A DNA stretch of 64,000 nucleotides from Abditibacterium sp. (lineage in GTDB: Bacteria > Armatimonadota > Abditibacteriia > Abditibacteriales > Abditibacteriaceae): assembly GCA_965246885.1 (NCBI GenBank), contig OZ251992.1, positions 1,216,001 to 1,280,000 of the forward strand, written 5' to 3'. Shown piece after piece: positions 36,812 through 46,933 of this stretch. The position numbers and the translations under genes are program-made. The number at the start of each line of letters is the position of its first letter. The stretch's first letter is position 1. A model generated the notes under the pieces. That model was not told the origin of the DNA and searched no databases. It saw nothing but the letters and a program-made list of their open reading frames with translations.

Positions 36812-37927
36812 ATGGAAACCGTTTCTCCTCGCTTGTTTGGCCGCACCAAAAAATTGCAAGAGGTGTGCGCGCATCTCTTGGAACGCGCGCACGCTTTGGG
36901 GCCGGGGGCGCAGTTACCCAAGGTCATTCAGTTGCGCACGGAGTTGGGCGTTTCGATGGCCACGCTCGACGCAGCGCTCCGTGAACTCGAAGAGCAGAAA
37001 ATCCTCACGCGCCGTCACGGAATCGGGATTTTCGTGTCGAGCGAACTGCACACGACAGCCATCGCGCTCGTGTGCGATTCCCACTTTTTGCGCGCGGCGG
37101 GCCATTCGCCGTTCTGGGACTTGCTGCTTGAGGCCGCACAACACCGAGCGCGGGCGGGCGGCGAGCGGTTCGAGTTGCACTTGGCGGCGTCGGGCGGCGA
37201 TTTGGGCGCCCCTTTACAGCGTGGCCTGACGCGCGACATCAAAGACCGCGCTCTTGATGGTCTGATCGGCGTCGGTTTGTACGAGGAGGCCGTGCGTTGG
37301 ATCGAAGCGCAGGGGGTGCCGTTTGTTTCCATCTTCGGCCCCACGTTTTCGGCGCGCTCGGCCAGCGTGAACTTCGATAAAGAACGCTTCTTGGCGTTGG
37401 GCATTACGCAACTCGCCGCGCAGGGCTGTAAGCGCGTGGCGCTATGGGAAGTGCAACCTGTCGGGCGCGACGAACGCTTCTTGCAGAACTATGCCGAAGA
37501 AGCGCGCACGTTTGAGCGGTTGGCCCACGAGCAGGGCATGATGGTCACTCCGCCCGCGCCGCTCTCCCCAGAAAGTTCTGCCTCGACATCCCGGCACGAG
37601 CAAAGCGTCTCGTTGGCGGCCCCATTCGCCGCGTCGCGCGCGGATTGGCCCGATGGTGTTTTGATTTCGGATGACGTGTTGGCGCACGCGGCCCTCATGC
37701 AGTTGCGTCAGATGGGAGTTTGCGTGGGAAAGGACGTGCAAATCGTGACGCACGCCAACGCGGGAGGGCAGGTCTTGGCAGGGCATGGCGTTCCACTGAC
37801 GTTGCTGGAATACCACCCCTCCGAAACGGTCGAAGCCGCTTTTAGCGCGCTCGAAGCACTGCTACGCACCGGCCAACCCGTTGCCAGTGTTCTGTTGGAA
37901 CCGCGCGTGCGTCTTGTGTCGGGGTGA
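36812..37927 (+). CDS. GntR-type HTH regulator with a LacI-like ligand-binding domain
   Basis: PGAQLPKVIQLRTELGVSMAT...RRHGIGIFV, then PDGVLISDD..A and VGKDVQIV. Confidence 0.85.
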   Translation: METVSPRLFGRTKKLQEVCAHLLERAHALGPGAQLPKVIQLRTELGVSMATLDAALRELEEQKILTRRHGIGIFVSSELHTTAIALVCDSHFLRAAGHSPFWDLLLEAAQHRARAGGERFELHLAASGGDLGAPLQRGLTRDIKDRALDGLIGVGLYEEAVRWIEAQGVPFVSIFGPTFSARSASVNFDKERFLALGITQLAAQGCKRVALWEVQPVGRDERFLQNYAEEARTFERLAHEQGMMVTPPAPLSPESSASTSRHEQSVSLAAPFAASRADWPDGVLISDDVLAHAALMQLRQMGVCVGKDVQIVTHANAGGQVLAGHGVPLTLLEYHPSETVEAAFSALEALLRTGQPVASVLLEPRVRLVSG

Positions 37928-38002
37928 ATGGCCGGGCGCCTTTCCAACACGACTTCTCCAAAAAGCGGTATACCGAAAGCAGATAGATCGTTTGTATTCG
38001 CT

Positions 38003-38875
38003 ATGACTTCTCTTCGCCGCGTCGCGCTTTCATTGGGGTTGGTCGCCGCTTGCGGCGGCGCGCTCGTGTTTTCGTTGTCCAAGGCTTCGGGGGCGCCCAA
38101 GAAAGTGGGCGCCGCCAAGACTCCCACTCCCAAAGCCAGAAAACCCGTAAAGGCCAAAGCGCCCGTCATCGTAACTGTGTCCGCTCCATCTGGGACACCC
38201 GCCCCGACTGGCACACCCAACCCGACGCTCAAGCAGACCATCGGCATCTCGCCTGTGCAAACCGGAACGCAGCCACTCATCGTGCTTGGCGGTTTGGGGG
38301 ACGGCAACAACTCCTACGACTTGCAGAACGAGGTCGTGTATTCGCTCCTTCGGCAAAGTGGCGTGCCCATCCCCAATGTCCTGCACCCGTTTTCGACGGC
38401 GAAGCCATCATTTGTCGTCGAACATTTGATCGTTTACTCGCTCACGGGTGGCAACAGTAATTCGAGCGCCCCGGCCACGCCCGCCACCCCTGTGCAGGGC
38501 GCGGTGCCCGGTGCGCCCGGCGCACCGGGAGGGGTAGGAACCAACGCGCCTGCTGCGCCCAAACCCTATACCGATGCTGAGCGCACCGTCATGGCGGTGG
38601 GCCGTGTCGTGGACGCCGAGATTTCGCGCGGGTCGGGCCGCATTGGAGGCGCGCACCTACAAAAGCTGCGCTTGCTCCGCTCCGCCATTAGTTCGCTCGA
38701 AGCGGCCAACCGTTTGGCTTCTGGTGCGGGCGCGACTCCCTCGGCGGGTGGGCGCCCCGGTGCGGCGGGTGGCGGAAACAGCAACACGTCGAAAACCGAC
38801 CCGCGCGAGTATCTCTACGGCCAAGCTCGCCTCACTTCGCGCCGCGCCGACCGCTACGCGCCGACCGGCCTTTAG
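38003..38875 (+). CDS. Hypothetical exported Pro/Gly/Ala-rich protein
   Basis: Signal-like N-terminus MTSLRRVALSLGLVAACGGALVF; TAGTG overlap with the next gene. Confidence 0.6.
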   Translation: MTSLRRVALSLGLVAACGGALVFSLSKASGAPKKVGAAKTPTPKARKPVKAKAPVIVTVSAPSGTPAPTGTPNPTLKQTIGISPVQTGTQPLIVLGGLGDGNNSYDLQNEVVYSLLRQSGVPIPNVLHPFSTAKPSFVVEHLIVYSLTGGNSNSSAPATPATPVQGAVPGAPGAPGGVGTNAPAAPKPYTDAERTVMAVGRVVDAEISRGSGRIGGAHLQKLRLLRSAISSLEAANRLASGAGATPSAGGRPGAAGGGNSNTSKTDPREYLYGQARLTSRRADRYAPTGL

Positions 38876-40077
38876 TGGACGACTTCCCCCTCCAATTGTC
38901 CGATGTCGTCGCCGCCGCGCGCCGCATCGAGGGCGGCGTCAAGCGCACGCCGTGCCGTCACACGGGTGCGCTCGGTCTCGACCTTTATCTCAAGTTCGAC
39001 AACCGCCAAGAAACCCACGCCTTCAAAGAACGCGGCGCGCTCAACAAGCTGCTCTGCCTGAGCGACGACGAGCGCAGTCGCGGCGTGGTGTGCGCGAGTG
39101 CGGGCAATCACGCCCAAGCCGTCGCGCGCCATGCCGGACGATTGGGCATCGAAGCCACCATCGTGATGCCCGTCGGCACGCCTTGGAACAAAGTCGCAAA
39201 CACCGCCAAATGGGGCGCGCGCGTCCTGTCCGAAGGCGCCCACTTCGACGATGCCCAGCGCTTCGCCCTCGACATGGCCGCGCGCAACGGCTTGGTCTGG
39301 GTATCGCCCTTTGACGACGCTCTCGTTATGGCCGGACAGGGCACCCTCGCCCTCGAAATGCTCGCCGATTTCCCAGCCATTGACACCCTCGTTGTGCCCA
39401 TCGGTGGCGGCGGTCTCATCTCCGGTTGTGCCGTCGCCGCCCGTGCCCTCAACCCCGACATCGAGATCATCGGCGTGCAATCGGAACTCTTCCCGGCCAT
39501 GAAGTGCGCTCTCGAAGGCGTGCCGGTTCCCCCATTTCGCGGTCGCTCGGTCGCCGAAGGCATCGCCGTTAAGGAACCGGGCGTCCTCACGCGCCAAATC
39601 GTCGCGCGGCTCGTTGACCGCATCGAACTGGTCAGCGAAACGCAAATCGAGGACGCCATCAACTGGCTGCTCGAAGAAGAGAAAACTCTCGCCGAAGGCG
39701 CGGGCGCGGCGGCTCTGGCGCTTGTGTTGGCGCACCCCGAACACTTCGCAGGCAAGCACATCGGTATCCCCATCTGCGGCGGCAACCTCGACTTGCGCCT
39801 ACTTGCCACCTGCCTGATGCGCGGTTTGGCGCGCTCCAGCCGCATTGTCGCGCTCACCATTTTGCTGGACGACGTGCCCGGCGGCCTCGCCCGCTCCGCG
39901 TCCGCCATCGCCGACGCAGGTGGCAACGTCATCGAAGTCCAGCACCAACGGCACTTTGGCGAAGTGACGGGCGCGCAGGTCGAACTCCACATCACTGTCG
40001 AAACCCAAGACGCCGCGCACGTCGAGCGCATCCTGACGGAACTGCGCGAACGCGGTTTGAACGTCCTCTTAAACTGA
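38875..40077 (+). CDS. ilvA: Threonine ammonia-lyase with a C-terminal ACT domain
   Basis: AFKERGA PLP lysine, ASAGNHAQ, AGQGT, PIGGGGL and GGNLD; ACT motif LDDVPGGL. Confidence 0.9.
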   Translation: MDDFPLQLSDVVAAARRIEGGVKRTPCRHTGALGLDLYLKFDNRQETHAFKERGALNKLLCLSDDERSRGVVCASAGNHAQAVARHAGRLGIEATIVMPVGTPWNKVANTAKWGARVLSEGAHFDDAQRFALDMAARNGLVWVSPFDDALVMAGQGTLALEMLADFPAIDTLVVPIGGGGLISGCAVAARALNPDIEIIGVQSELFPAMKCALEGVPVPPFRGRSVAEGIAVKEPGVLTRQIVARLVDRIELVSETQIEDAINWLLEEEKTLAEGAGAAALALVLAHPEHFAGKHIGIPICGGNLDLRLLATCLMRGLARSSRIVALTILLDDVPGGLARSASAIADAGGNVIEVQHQRHFGEVTGAQVELHITVETQDAAHVERILTELRERGLNVLLN

Positions 40078-40100
40078 CGGGGCGAGAACTCGCCCCGTCA
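40075..40100. terminator. Palindrome joining two convergent stop codons
   Basis: TGACGGGGCGAG-AA-CTCGCCCCGTCA. Confidence 0.65.
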
Positions 40101-41597
40101 CAAGCTGCCGCGACTTTTCATTTCCAAGTAGCGGTTCACCGTTGCGACCGACAGTTGCGAGGGTTGCGCGTCCACGATGCCTACGCCCGCGCCTCGGAGC
40201 GCCTCCAAAGCCGCGCCGCGTTGGGCGAGGAGGCGCTGCGCCATCGCTTTGTCGTAGAGGTCGCTGCTCGTGCGCGGAAAGGACGCGGCCAAGTCGAGCA
40301 CGTCCAAGTTTGAGATGGAAACGCACAGCGCGTTGTGATGGCGGCGCAGCGTGGCGCTGCCTTGGAGCAGTTCGCGCGAGGCTTCGGGGTCGATGATGTC
40401 GGTGAAAGTAATGACCAGCGAGCGCCGGAGCTTGCGCGCGAGGATGTGTTCATACGCGACGTTGTAATCGGGTTCGACAAGTGAGGGTTGCACGCCATAC
40501 AGCGCCTCGATAATTGCCCCGGTTTGCACGCGCCCCTTGCGCGGCGCGAGGTAGTTCAACACGCCATCGGCAAAGAGCAATAAGCCAACGGAATCGCCCA
40601 TGCTCGCCGCGACGTGCGCGAGCAAGACCGAAGTGTTGATGGCGCAGTCCAGCTTGGAAAGCGGCACGCTCGCTTGCTCGTCCTTGTCGCGCGACAGGGC
40701 GAGCGAGGTCATCATGCGCCCGCAGTCAATGCAGATGAGGATGGTCTGGTCGCGCTCGATTTCGTAGTTGGTGGCGATGAGCTTTCCGCGCCGCGCCGAC
40801 GCTTTCCAGTTGATGGACTTGAACTCGTCATCCGTCGTGTAGTCGCGTAGCGACTCGAACTCCGTGCCGCGCCCGCGCAGTCGCAGCAAGTGTAAGCCGA
40901 TGTCGCGCATTTTGCCTTCGCGTAGCGCAATCTCGTAGCGGCGCACCGCGCTCGTGTCGGGGTAAACGCGCATCTCGCCCGCCGCCGCCGCCTTCCACTG
41001 CCGGTGCCAAAACCCCAAGCCGGAGGTTGTGCGGGCGTGCAAATCGCCAAAGCGGAAGTCGCCGCGCCGGTTGGGAAGCAATTGATACGTCGCTTCGGCT
41101 TCGCGCCCAGCTTCGACGCGCATCTCGAAGCGCGGCAGTTCGGGCAGGGGCACCCCGCCATGAAAGCGCGCCGGGGCGCCCGTCGAAACGCCGAACTCCC
41201 CCGGCACTTCGTCGCGCACCGTCATTTGAACCGGCAACTTCGCCCGACTCCGCACGCGCAAACTCACGCGGTTGGCCGCCCCCAAGTTCATTTTCGGGTC
41301 GAACGCGCGCTCCAATTCAAAGTCCGATGGCTTCGCCGACAGCGCCAAATCAAGCGCCGCGACCGCTAACAGCGCCACGTCTGCCGCTAACGTCAAAGCG
41401 GAGAAAGCCGGTAGGAACGCCGCCATCACCCATCCCAGCGCCGCCACCCCGAAGAACACCAGCAACCGCGTTGACGGCAAGACGGACGCCCCCCATGCGT
41501 TCGCCGCCGTCCGCCACCGCGTAACGGGAGACGGCGCTTTCACGCGCGACGCGCGGGGCGGGGAGGAGAGGGAGGCCGGAGCTTGCACGCCCTTCAT
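40098..41597 (-). CDS. DUF58 domain protein (vWA-like)
   Basis: GTEFESLRDY..DDEFKSINWKASAR, IDCGRMM and ITFTD. Confidence 0.9.
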   Translation of the reverse strand: MKGVQAPASLSSPPRASRVKAPSPVTRWRTAANAWGASVLPSTRLLVFFGVAALGWVMAAFLPAFSALTLAADVALLAVAALDLALSAKPSDFELERAFDPKMNLGAANRVSLRVRSRAKLPVQMTVRDEVPGEFGVSTGAPARFHGGVPLPELPRFEMRVEAGREAEATYQLLPNRRGDFRFGDLHARTTSGLGFWHRQWKAAAAGEMRVYPDTSAVRRYEIALREGKMRDIGLHLLRLRGRGTEFESLRDYTTDDEFKSINWKASARRGKLIATNYEIERDQTILICIDCGRMMTSLALSRDKDEQASVPLSKLDCAINTSVLLAHVAASMGDSVGLLLFADGVLNYLAPRKGRVQTGAIIEALYGVQPSLVEPDYNVAYEHILARKLRRSLVITFTDIIDPEASRELLQGSATLRRHHNALCVSISNLDVLDLAASFPRTSSDLYDKAMAQRLLAQRGAALEALRGAGVGIVDAQPSQLSVATVNRYLEMKSRGSL

Positions 41598-41670
41598 TTT
41601 AACGCGCGCCGGGGTGAAGCGGCACGTCGTTTGCGTTTACGCGGGCCGTCAACAGGAGACAACAACTACA

Positions 41671-42168
41671 ATGGCAGCAGTCAGCAAAGAGATCATCGTC
41701 AACGCGCCCATCGGCGACGTGTTCGGGTTTTGGAAGAACTTCGAGAACTTCCCGCGTTTCATGGAAAACATAGACGCCATCCACGTCATCGGGCCGGAGC
41801 TTACTCACTGGAAGATGAAAGGGCCGCTCGGCGTGCCCGTCGAATGGGATGCCAAGACGACCTACATCGAAGAAAACAAGAAAATCTCGTGGCAGTCCAC
41901 GACCGGCACCATCGAGAATCACGGCTCCGTCGTCTTCGAGAGCCTCAACGACAACACCACTAAGGTTACTGTCGGCCTCGAATACAAGCCGCCCGCCGGA
42001 GCCATCGGCGAAGCCGTCGCTAAACTGCTCAACGACCCCGAAAAGCAGTTGGAGACCGACCTGCTCAACTTCAAGCGCGTCGCCCAAGAAGACGGCGGCC
42101 TCAAAGACCACGCCACCGCCACGAGCGCAACCGGTGAAAAAGGCGCTGACCACACCGCCCAAGCGTAG
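41671..42168 (+). CDS. SRPBCC (START-like cyclase/dehydrase) family protein
   Basis: W.NFENFPRFM, HWKMKGP.G..VEWDA and DLLNFK; RBS AGGAG. Confidence 0.9.
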   Translation: MAAVSKEIIVNAPIGDVFGFWKNFENFPRFMENIDAIHVIGPELTHWKMKGPLGVPVEWDAKTTYIEENKKISWQSTTGTIENHGSVVFESLNDNTTKVTVGLEYKPPAGAIGEAVAKLLNDPEKQLETDLLNFKRVAQEDGGLKDHATATSATGEKGADHTAQA

Positions 42169-42177
42169 TCGGACAAC

Positions 42178-42215
42178 ACCAAACGCCCCGCGAATAGCTT
42201 CGCGGGGCGTTTGGT
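42178..42215. terminator. Bidirectional intrinsic terminator between convergent genes
   Basis: 17-bp stem ACCAAACGCCCCGCGAA-TAGC-TTCGCGGGGCGTTTGGT. Confidence 0.8.
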
Positions 42216-42222
42216 TTAGGAG

Positions 42223-44577
42223 TTAACTCGGCAACTTGACCACAACCTCTCCCGCTTTGTCGCCGACCGAGGCGGTCGCCGTTTGGGTGTGGCCATCCTT
42301 CAAGACGGACACGTTGTAAACGCCCTTGATCCCGCGCATCTTGTAGATGCCGTTGGCGCCGGTCGCGCCGCTTGCTTTCGTCCACCACGCGCCGTGAACG
42401 AGGCCGAGATAGGCCTTGCCGCTCGGTTTCAGTTTGTAGGTGCCACCCGCCGCGCTGTAAAGCGGGGCGTAGTGGAGCCAGTGCGCCTCGTCTAGGATGC
42501 CCCACATGGTGAAGCCCGTCATTTGCGGCTGCGAAAAAGCGAGCGTCACGATGTCGCGCGTCCAATCGGCTTCCAACTGCGGGTCGTTCATCTTGCAATC
42601 GTATTCGGTGACTTGCAGTTTCTTGCCGAGGGAGCCAAAGCGGTTCCACATGGCAAGCAGCTTGTCGGGTTCGACGGGAGCCGAGTAGTGCGCTTGGTCG
42701 GCGATGCCATCGAGCGGCGCGCCCTTGGCAATGATGGCCTTAGCGAGGTTAAAGTAGTAGTCTTGCCGCGCCATATCGCGCCCGTTGTTGTCGCTCAACC
42801 CCGCTTCGTTGAGCCACAGACTCGCGTGCGGTTGCGCTTCGCGCATCAGTTTGAACCAGTGCGCAATCGCGGGCGCGCCCGTTGGATCGCCGTCCGAGAG
42901 AATCCGTGCGATTTCGCGGTCGGCGTAAGGTTCGTTGACGACGACGGTCTCGTCCACATACGGCGCGGTTTGGGTTCCTACGTCGCGGATGAAGCCTTCG
43001 ACATCGGCGGCGAGTTTGGCCGGGTCGTCTTTGTCCTTGGCCCACATCGGGTTGGTGCGGAACCCCGGCCACACCACGACGCCGTTGTTGATGGTCATGC
43101 CGTGATCTTTCAAAATCTGGAGTGCCTTAAGCGCGCGCGCTTTTTGTTCGGGAGTGTCTTTGCTCCAAGGCTCGGCCTTAAGGTCTATGTCAACGGCGGC
43201 GTGATTGAAAAGGGCAAAGATGCGCTCGCGCAAGAACGGGCCATAAGGGTTCTGGTCGTCCAACAAGTTATAGGAGGGCACTATTTCAGTGCCCCAGTTG
43301 AAGGCGGGTCGCGTCATTTCGACGCGCACCTGAGCGCCCAGAACGGGCTTGCCTCCGGCGTCCACAACGCGCACTTGGAGGTCGCCCTTGCGAAACCGTT
43401 CGATGCGTTCTTGCGCCGCTTTGCGCCAAGGCGCGTCGGGGGCGCGTCCGGCGTAATCCATCTTGACGGCTTCGGGGCGCGGCAACTTATCGAGCGGCGT
43501 TTGTCCGGCGTCAAGCAACGCGAGGCCGCCCAATTCGACCTGCTGACGCTGCTCGCCCAGCACCCACACGACTTCGAGGTCTTGCGCCGGAACGTCGCGG
43601 TCGGGAATGAATGGCAGGAAGAATCGCTGCCACGTGTTGCCCACCGAGACAGGCACCGCGCCGTAAACGGTTTGCGAGGGGCGGTGTTTGACGCCCACCC
43701 CCGCCGAAGCGAAAGTGCCGCCGATGCCGGGAACGCGACCACGAGCGTAGAAGGTCAGCAGGTAAGAGCGGCCCTTGACGAGCGGCGCGGTGTTGAGCAG
43801 TTGGCCCATCACGCCCCAGTTCTCGCCATGCGGCGCGAACACATCGTTCAGAATGGCCTTGCGAAAAGGCACGTCTTGGGCGTCAATGACCGAGGTTTTC
43901 GCGCCGTCAACGGCGGGGCCGTTGAGGTGATACGCCTCAATGACCGACTCCTCGCGCGGGCCAAAAACGGGCGTGACAGTCGCGCCATACTTCTGCTTGA
44001 CTTCGGCGACTAACCCCTTCGTGTAAGCATCGGCCACGACGGGGGGGAGCGGTTTGGCGTCGGCGTCGCTCAGTTCGACGCCGCCGATGTCAACGGTTTG
44101 GGCGCGTTGTCCGACGAAGAACAGCACTTGCAATGCGCCCGGCGCGGCGTCGGTTTTAGCCGCGAAGTCGTACTCGTAACGCTTCCAATCGGCACTTAAG
44201 TCCAGTTGCGGCGAATCGAAGAACGTCGCGTCCCCCGCTTGCACCTTGGGCATGACTTGTCCGGCATCGCCCGCACTGCGCGCCCAAAATGAAAGGTGCA
44301 AGTGGTCGCCCGCTTTGAGGGCGCGCGTGTTTTTGAAGAAGATTTGCGCTTCCCAGAAGTTGGCGGGCGGCTTGGCGACGGCGACGCGCACCGCTTTCCC
44401 GAACGGCTGGCCCACTACATCCACCAGTTGCGACGAGGCCACGCCATCGGGCAACGACTCCTCGTGCTGCGCCAGCGTCGTCGCGGTGGTGGATAAAAGC
44501 GCCTCTTGCGCATGTGCGCAACCTACGGTTGAAAAAGGGAGAACAAAGGCCGCGACGAGCGCGGCCTTTGTCCACAT
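42223..44577 (-). CDS. Secreted GH10 (endo-xylanase-like) glycoside hydrolase with two CBM4/22-like domains
   Basis: Signal peptide; two repeated modules (LSFWAR..WKRY and LTFYAR..WQRF); acid/base VVNEP, nucleophile LQVTEYD and GFTMWG. Alternative start at 44598. Confidence 0.85.
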   Translation of the reverse strand: MWTKAALVAAFVLPFSTVGCAHAQEALLSTTATTLAQHEESLPDGVASSQLVDVVGQPFGKAVRVAVAKPPANFWEAQIFFKNTRALKAGDHLHLSFWARSAGDAGQVMPKVQAGDATFFDSPQLDLSADWKRYEYDFAAKTDAAPGALQVLFFVGQRAQTVDIGGVELSDADAKPLPPVVADAYTKGLVAEVKQKYGATVTPVFGPREESVIEAYHLNGPAVDGAKTSVIDAQDVPFRKAILNDVFAPHGENWGVMGQLLNTAPLVKGRSYLLTFYARGRVPGIGGTFASAGVGVKHRPSQTVYGAVPVSVGNTWQRFFLPFIPDRDVPAQDLEVVWVLGEQRQQVELGGLALLDAGQTPLDKLPRPEAVKMDYAGRAPDAPWRKAAQERIERFRKGDLQVRVVDAGGKPVLGAQVRVEMTRPAFNWGTEIVPSYNLLDDQNPYGPFLRERIFALFNHAAVDIDLKAEPWSKDTPEQKARALKALQILKDHGMTINNGVVVWPGFRTNPMWAKDKDDPAKLAADVEGFIRDVGTQTAPYVDETVVVNEPYADREIARILSDGDPTGAPAIAHWFKLMREAQPHASLWLNEAGLSDNNGRDMARQDYYFNLAKAIIAKGAPLDGIADQAHYSAPVEPDKLLAMWNRFGSLGKKLQVTEYDCKMNDPQLEADWTRDIVTLAFSQPQMTGFTMWGILDEAHWLHYAPLYSAAGGTYKLKPSGKAYLGLVHGAWWTKASGATGANGIYKMRGIKGVYNVSVLKDGHTQTATASVGDKAGEVVVKLPS

Positions 44578-44621
44578 ATTGAGGGAGTGACATGTCATGA
44601 GCAGAATTTTACCGCTTCCCT

Positions 44622-44858
44622 TTATTTCGCCGCATTGGGGAACTTCTCTCGCAGTTTTGCCTTGAACGGTTCTGGAATATTTGGGTCAGCGAGATTTTTT
44701 CGCACTGCCTCTTCCCGTCGAGCTTGTTCTTTGGTTGGGTCAGGCGTAGCGGCGGGCGTGTCTGTAATAGGCGCCGCCGACGAGCAACCTGCTAAAGGGA
44801 GGAAGAAGAGGCATACTCCAGTAAGTTGTAGGGGAAGTAGAAGTCGAGGATTTCGCAT
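44622..44858 (-). CDS. Small lipoprotein (78 aa)
   Basis: MRNPRLLLPLQLTGVCLFFLPLAGC lipobox. Confidence 0.72.
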   Translation of the reverse strand: MRNPRLLLPLQLTGVCLFFLPLAGCSSAAPITDTPAATPDPTKEQARREEAVRKNLADPNIPEPFKAKLREKFPNAAK

Positions 44859-44927
44859 AGTCGGGTGTTATGGTGCGGGGGTGACGGGGCGAGCCAACAT
44901 TTGACATCGCCCCGTTTTTGGCGAGTT

Positions 44928-45722
44928 TTAGTCAGCGTTCTTGGTCAGGAAGCGGTTCTTGCCGTCCGTGCCCTTCTCGAACAGCTTTTCGATTTTCATC
45001 GCCTTGACGTGGCCATCAAGGAAGGCGACGTTAATCGTCTCCAAGTGCCTCGCCCGCGCCGCAGCGCGTGGGTCAAAGGAAAAATTCGCATCCTGAGTGG
45101 TGATGGTGGGAATACCAGTGGACGTATCAACAGAGAAGCCTTGGTACGACAGCCCTCCCAAATAAGCTCCGCCGGAGCCATCCTCCCACACGGCGCTGTC
45201 GCACAGGGCCATTGTCCCGGCGGTATCCTCCACGCTGGCAAGCGAGGACGGCACAACGGGTGTGTTATCGGCGTCGACTTTTCCGACCAAGAAAAGCTCC
45301 CCGCGCTTGGGATCTTCGGCGTAGAAGCCGTTGAGGGCATAAGAGAGCACTTTGGTATTGCCCAAGTTGCCGCCGTCGTTGTAGATTTTGCCGCCGCCGA
45401 AGTCGAGGCTTTGATGGGTGGCACTGGGACATACCAGAATCTGCTGGCTTTTGATGTAGGGCTGAATGATGTCGTTCCATCTCGGCCCATTGGTGCCGCC
45501 GCAGTAAACGCCTTGCATGATGAGACGCTCGTCGTAGTCCTGTGTGTATTGAGCCATACCGAGCATGATTTGCTTCTCGTTAGACTGGCAAGAAGAACGG
45601 CGGGCATTTTCGCGGGCACGCGCGAAGGCAGGGAAAAGAATGGCCGCGAGGATAGCGATGATGGCAATCACTACGAGCAATTCTATAAGGGTGAATGCGG
45701 AACGAACTGGGTGATGTTTCAT
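44928..45722 (-). CDS. Prepilin-type N-terminal cleavage/methylation DUF1559 protein with an H-X9-DG C-terminal motif
   Basis: [52 protein letters not shown] and [16 protein letters not shown]. Confidence 0.95.
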   Translation of the reverse strand: MKHHPVRSAFTLIELLVVIAIIAILAAILFPAFARARENARRSSCQSNEKQIMLGMAQYTQDYDERLIMQGVYCGGTNGPRWNDIIQPYIKSQQILVCPSATHQSLDFGGGKIYNDGGNLGNTKVLSYALNGFYAEDPKRGELFLVGKVDADNTPVVPSSLASVEDTAGTMALCDSAVWEDGSGGAYLGGLSYQGFSVDTSTGIPTITTQDANFSFDPRAAARARHLETINVAFLDGHVKAMKIEKLFEKGTDGKNRFLTKNAD

Positions 45723-45778
45723 GGTGAGTATACCAAAGGATAAATAGTGAGCCGAAGCTCTATCTCAACGCGGCATCT

Positions 45779-46837
45779 TTAAAAGATGCGAGCGGTTGAT
45801 TCTCGACTGATCCACTGACCTTGCACCCATTGGGTGCGAGGTTCTCCGATGTAGCTGTCGCTTAAACGCTCCAGCAGCAGTTGCACTAACAAATCGCAAT
45901 GTTCTTTGTAGGGGTCGGAGACCGCTGTCAGTGCGATGGCGGCGTGGAGTGCCGATTCGCCTGCGTCTCCCAGCGCCACTAAACTCAGGTCGCGCGGCAC
46001 CTGTATCCCGGCGCGCATCAGGTGGTGCAAGAACGACGCGGCGACGGCTTCCGGCCCGATGATCATGGCACTGGGCCGGTTTGCCAAGGCCAAAAATTGC
46101 CGAGCGGCCTTTTCGCCCAACGGTGCCCCATAAATCATGTGCGCTTCCAGTAGCCACTCCGGTCGCGCTTCTACCCCCAGCCGCCGCGCCTCGTGAAGAA
46201 ACGCGGCGCGTTCCATCGAGGTTTCGGTGGCTTCGAGGTTGTGCGCAACCAAGCCGATGCGCTTGTGCCCTAACCCGGCCAAATGCTCGATGGCCAATTT
46301 GACTTCGTGAGCGCCGCCAAACACGACTTGGTCGAAAGGGTAAGGCAGCGGTTGTTTGTAAGACAAGCACGCCACCGTTCCGCCTTCGGCCTCGAACGCT
46401 TCTAACTGCGCCGCTTCCGCCGCGCCGAAATGCCAACCCGCGTTGCACAAAATCGCGCGCGGCTTTTCCATGCGCAGCAGGCGGATCAAGCCCGCCGGTT
46501 CGCCGCCCAATGTCGGCTCGTAAGGCTGAGCGTGCAGTTGCACTTCAAAGCCCGCGCGGTTGAGCAGGGTCTGGGTGTGCTGCATTTTGAAAACAGTCAC
46601 TCCCGGATCCATCGCAGGCGAGTAGAACGCGACGGTACGTGTCGCGCGTCCCCGCAACCGTTGGGCGAGGGGATTGGGTTCGTAGCCCAATTGCTGCGCG
46701 CCCTTGAGAACTTCCTCGCGCGTCTTGGGCGTGATGGTGCCTTTGCCAGAGAACGCCATAGAAACCGTCGCCGCCGACACACCAAGCTCGCGGGCGACAT
46801 CGGAGATGGTCAGGCGAGAGGTGGTAACGGCGCTCAT
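45779..46837 (-). CDS. LacI family transcriptional regulator
   Basis: TISDVARELGVSAATVS, LGYEPNPLAQRL, LGHKRIG and VPRDLSLV. Confidence 0.95.
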   Translation of the reverse strand: MSAVTTSRLTISDVARELGVSAATVSMAFSGKGTITPKTREEVLKGAQQLGYEPNPLAQRLRGRATRTVAFYSPAMDPGVTVFKMQHTQTLLNRAGFEVQLHAQPYEPTLGGEPAGLIRLLRMEKPRAILCNAGWHFGAAEAAQLEAFEAEGGTVACLSYKQPLPYPFDQVVFGGAHEVKLAIEHLAGLGHKRIGLVAHNLEATETSMERAAFLHEARRLGVEARPEWLLEAHMIYGAPLGEKAARQFLALANRPSAMIIGPEAVAASFLHHLMRAGIQVPRDLSLVALGDAGESALHAAIALTAVSDPYKEHCDLLVQLLLERLSDSYIGEPRTQWVQGQWISRESTARIF

Positions 46838-46844
46838 GGCTTTC

Positions 46845-46870
46845 GTAAACCGATTTATAAACCGGTTAAT
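46845..46870. promoter_or_regulatory. Two adjacent LacI-type palindromic operator candidates
   Basis: TAAACCGATTTA and TAAACCGGTTAA, each one mismatch from TAAACCGGTTTA, just upstream of the LacI gene ATG; -10-like TATATT at 46878-46873 (minus strand). Confidence 0.7.
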
Positions 46871-46933
46871 TCAATATACCCATCCGCGCGCCTTTTTAAA
46901 CATTTTTCGGGAAATTTTTTTCTGCCCGCGAAT

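Noticed and set aside
40098..41597. DUF58 gene without an adjacent MoxR ATPase as a novel system
   Set aside because: Partners are probably elsewhere in the genome; nothing else here is unusual.
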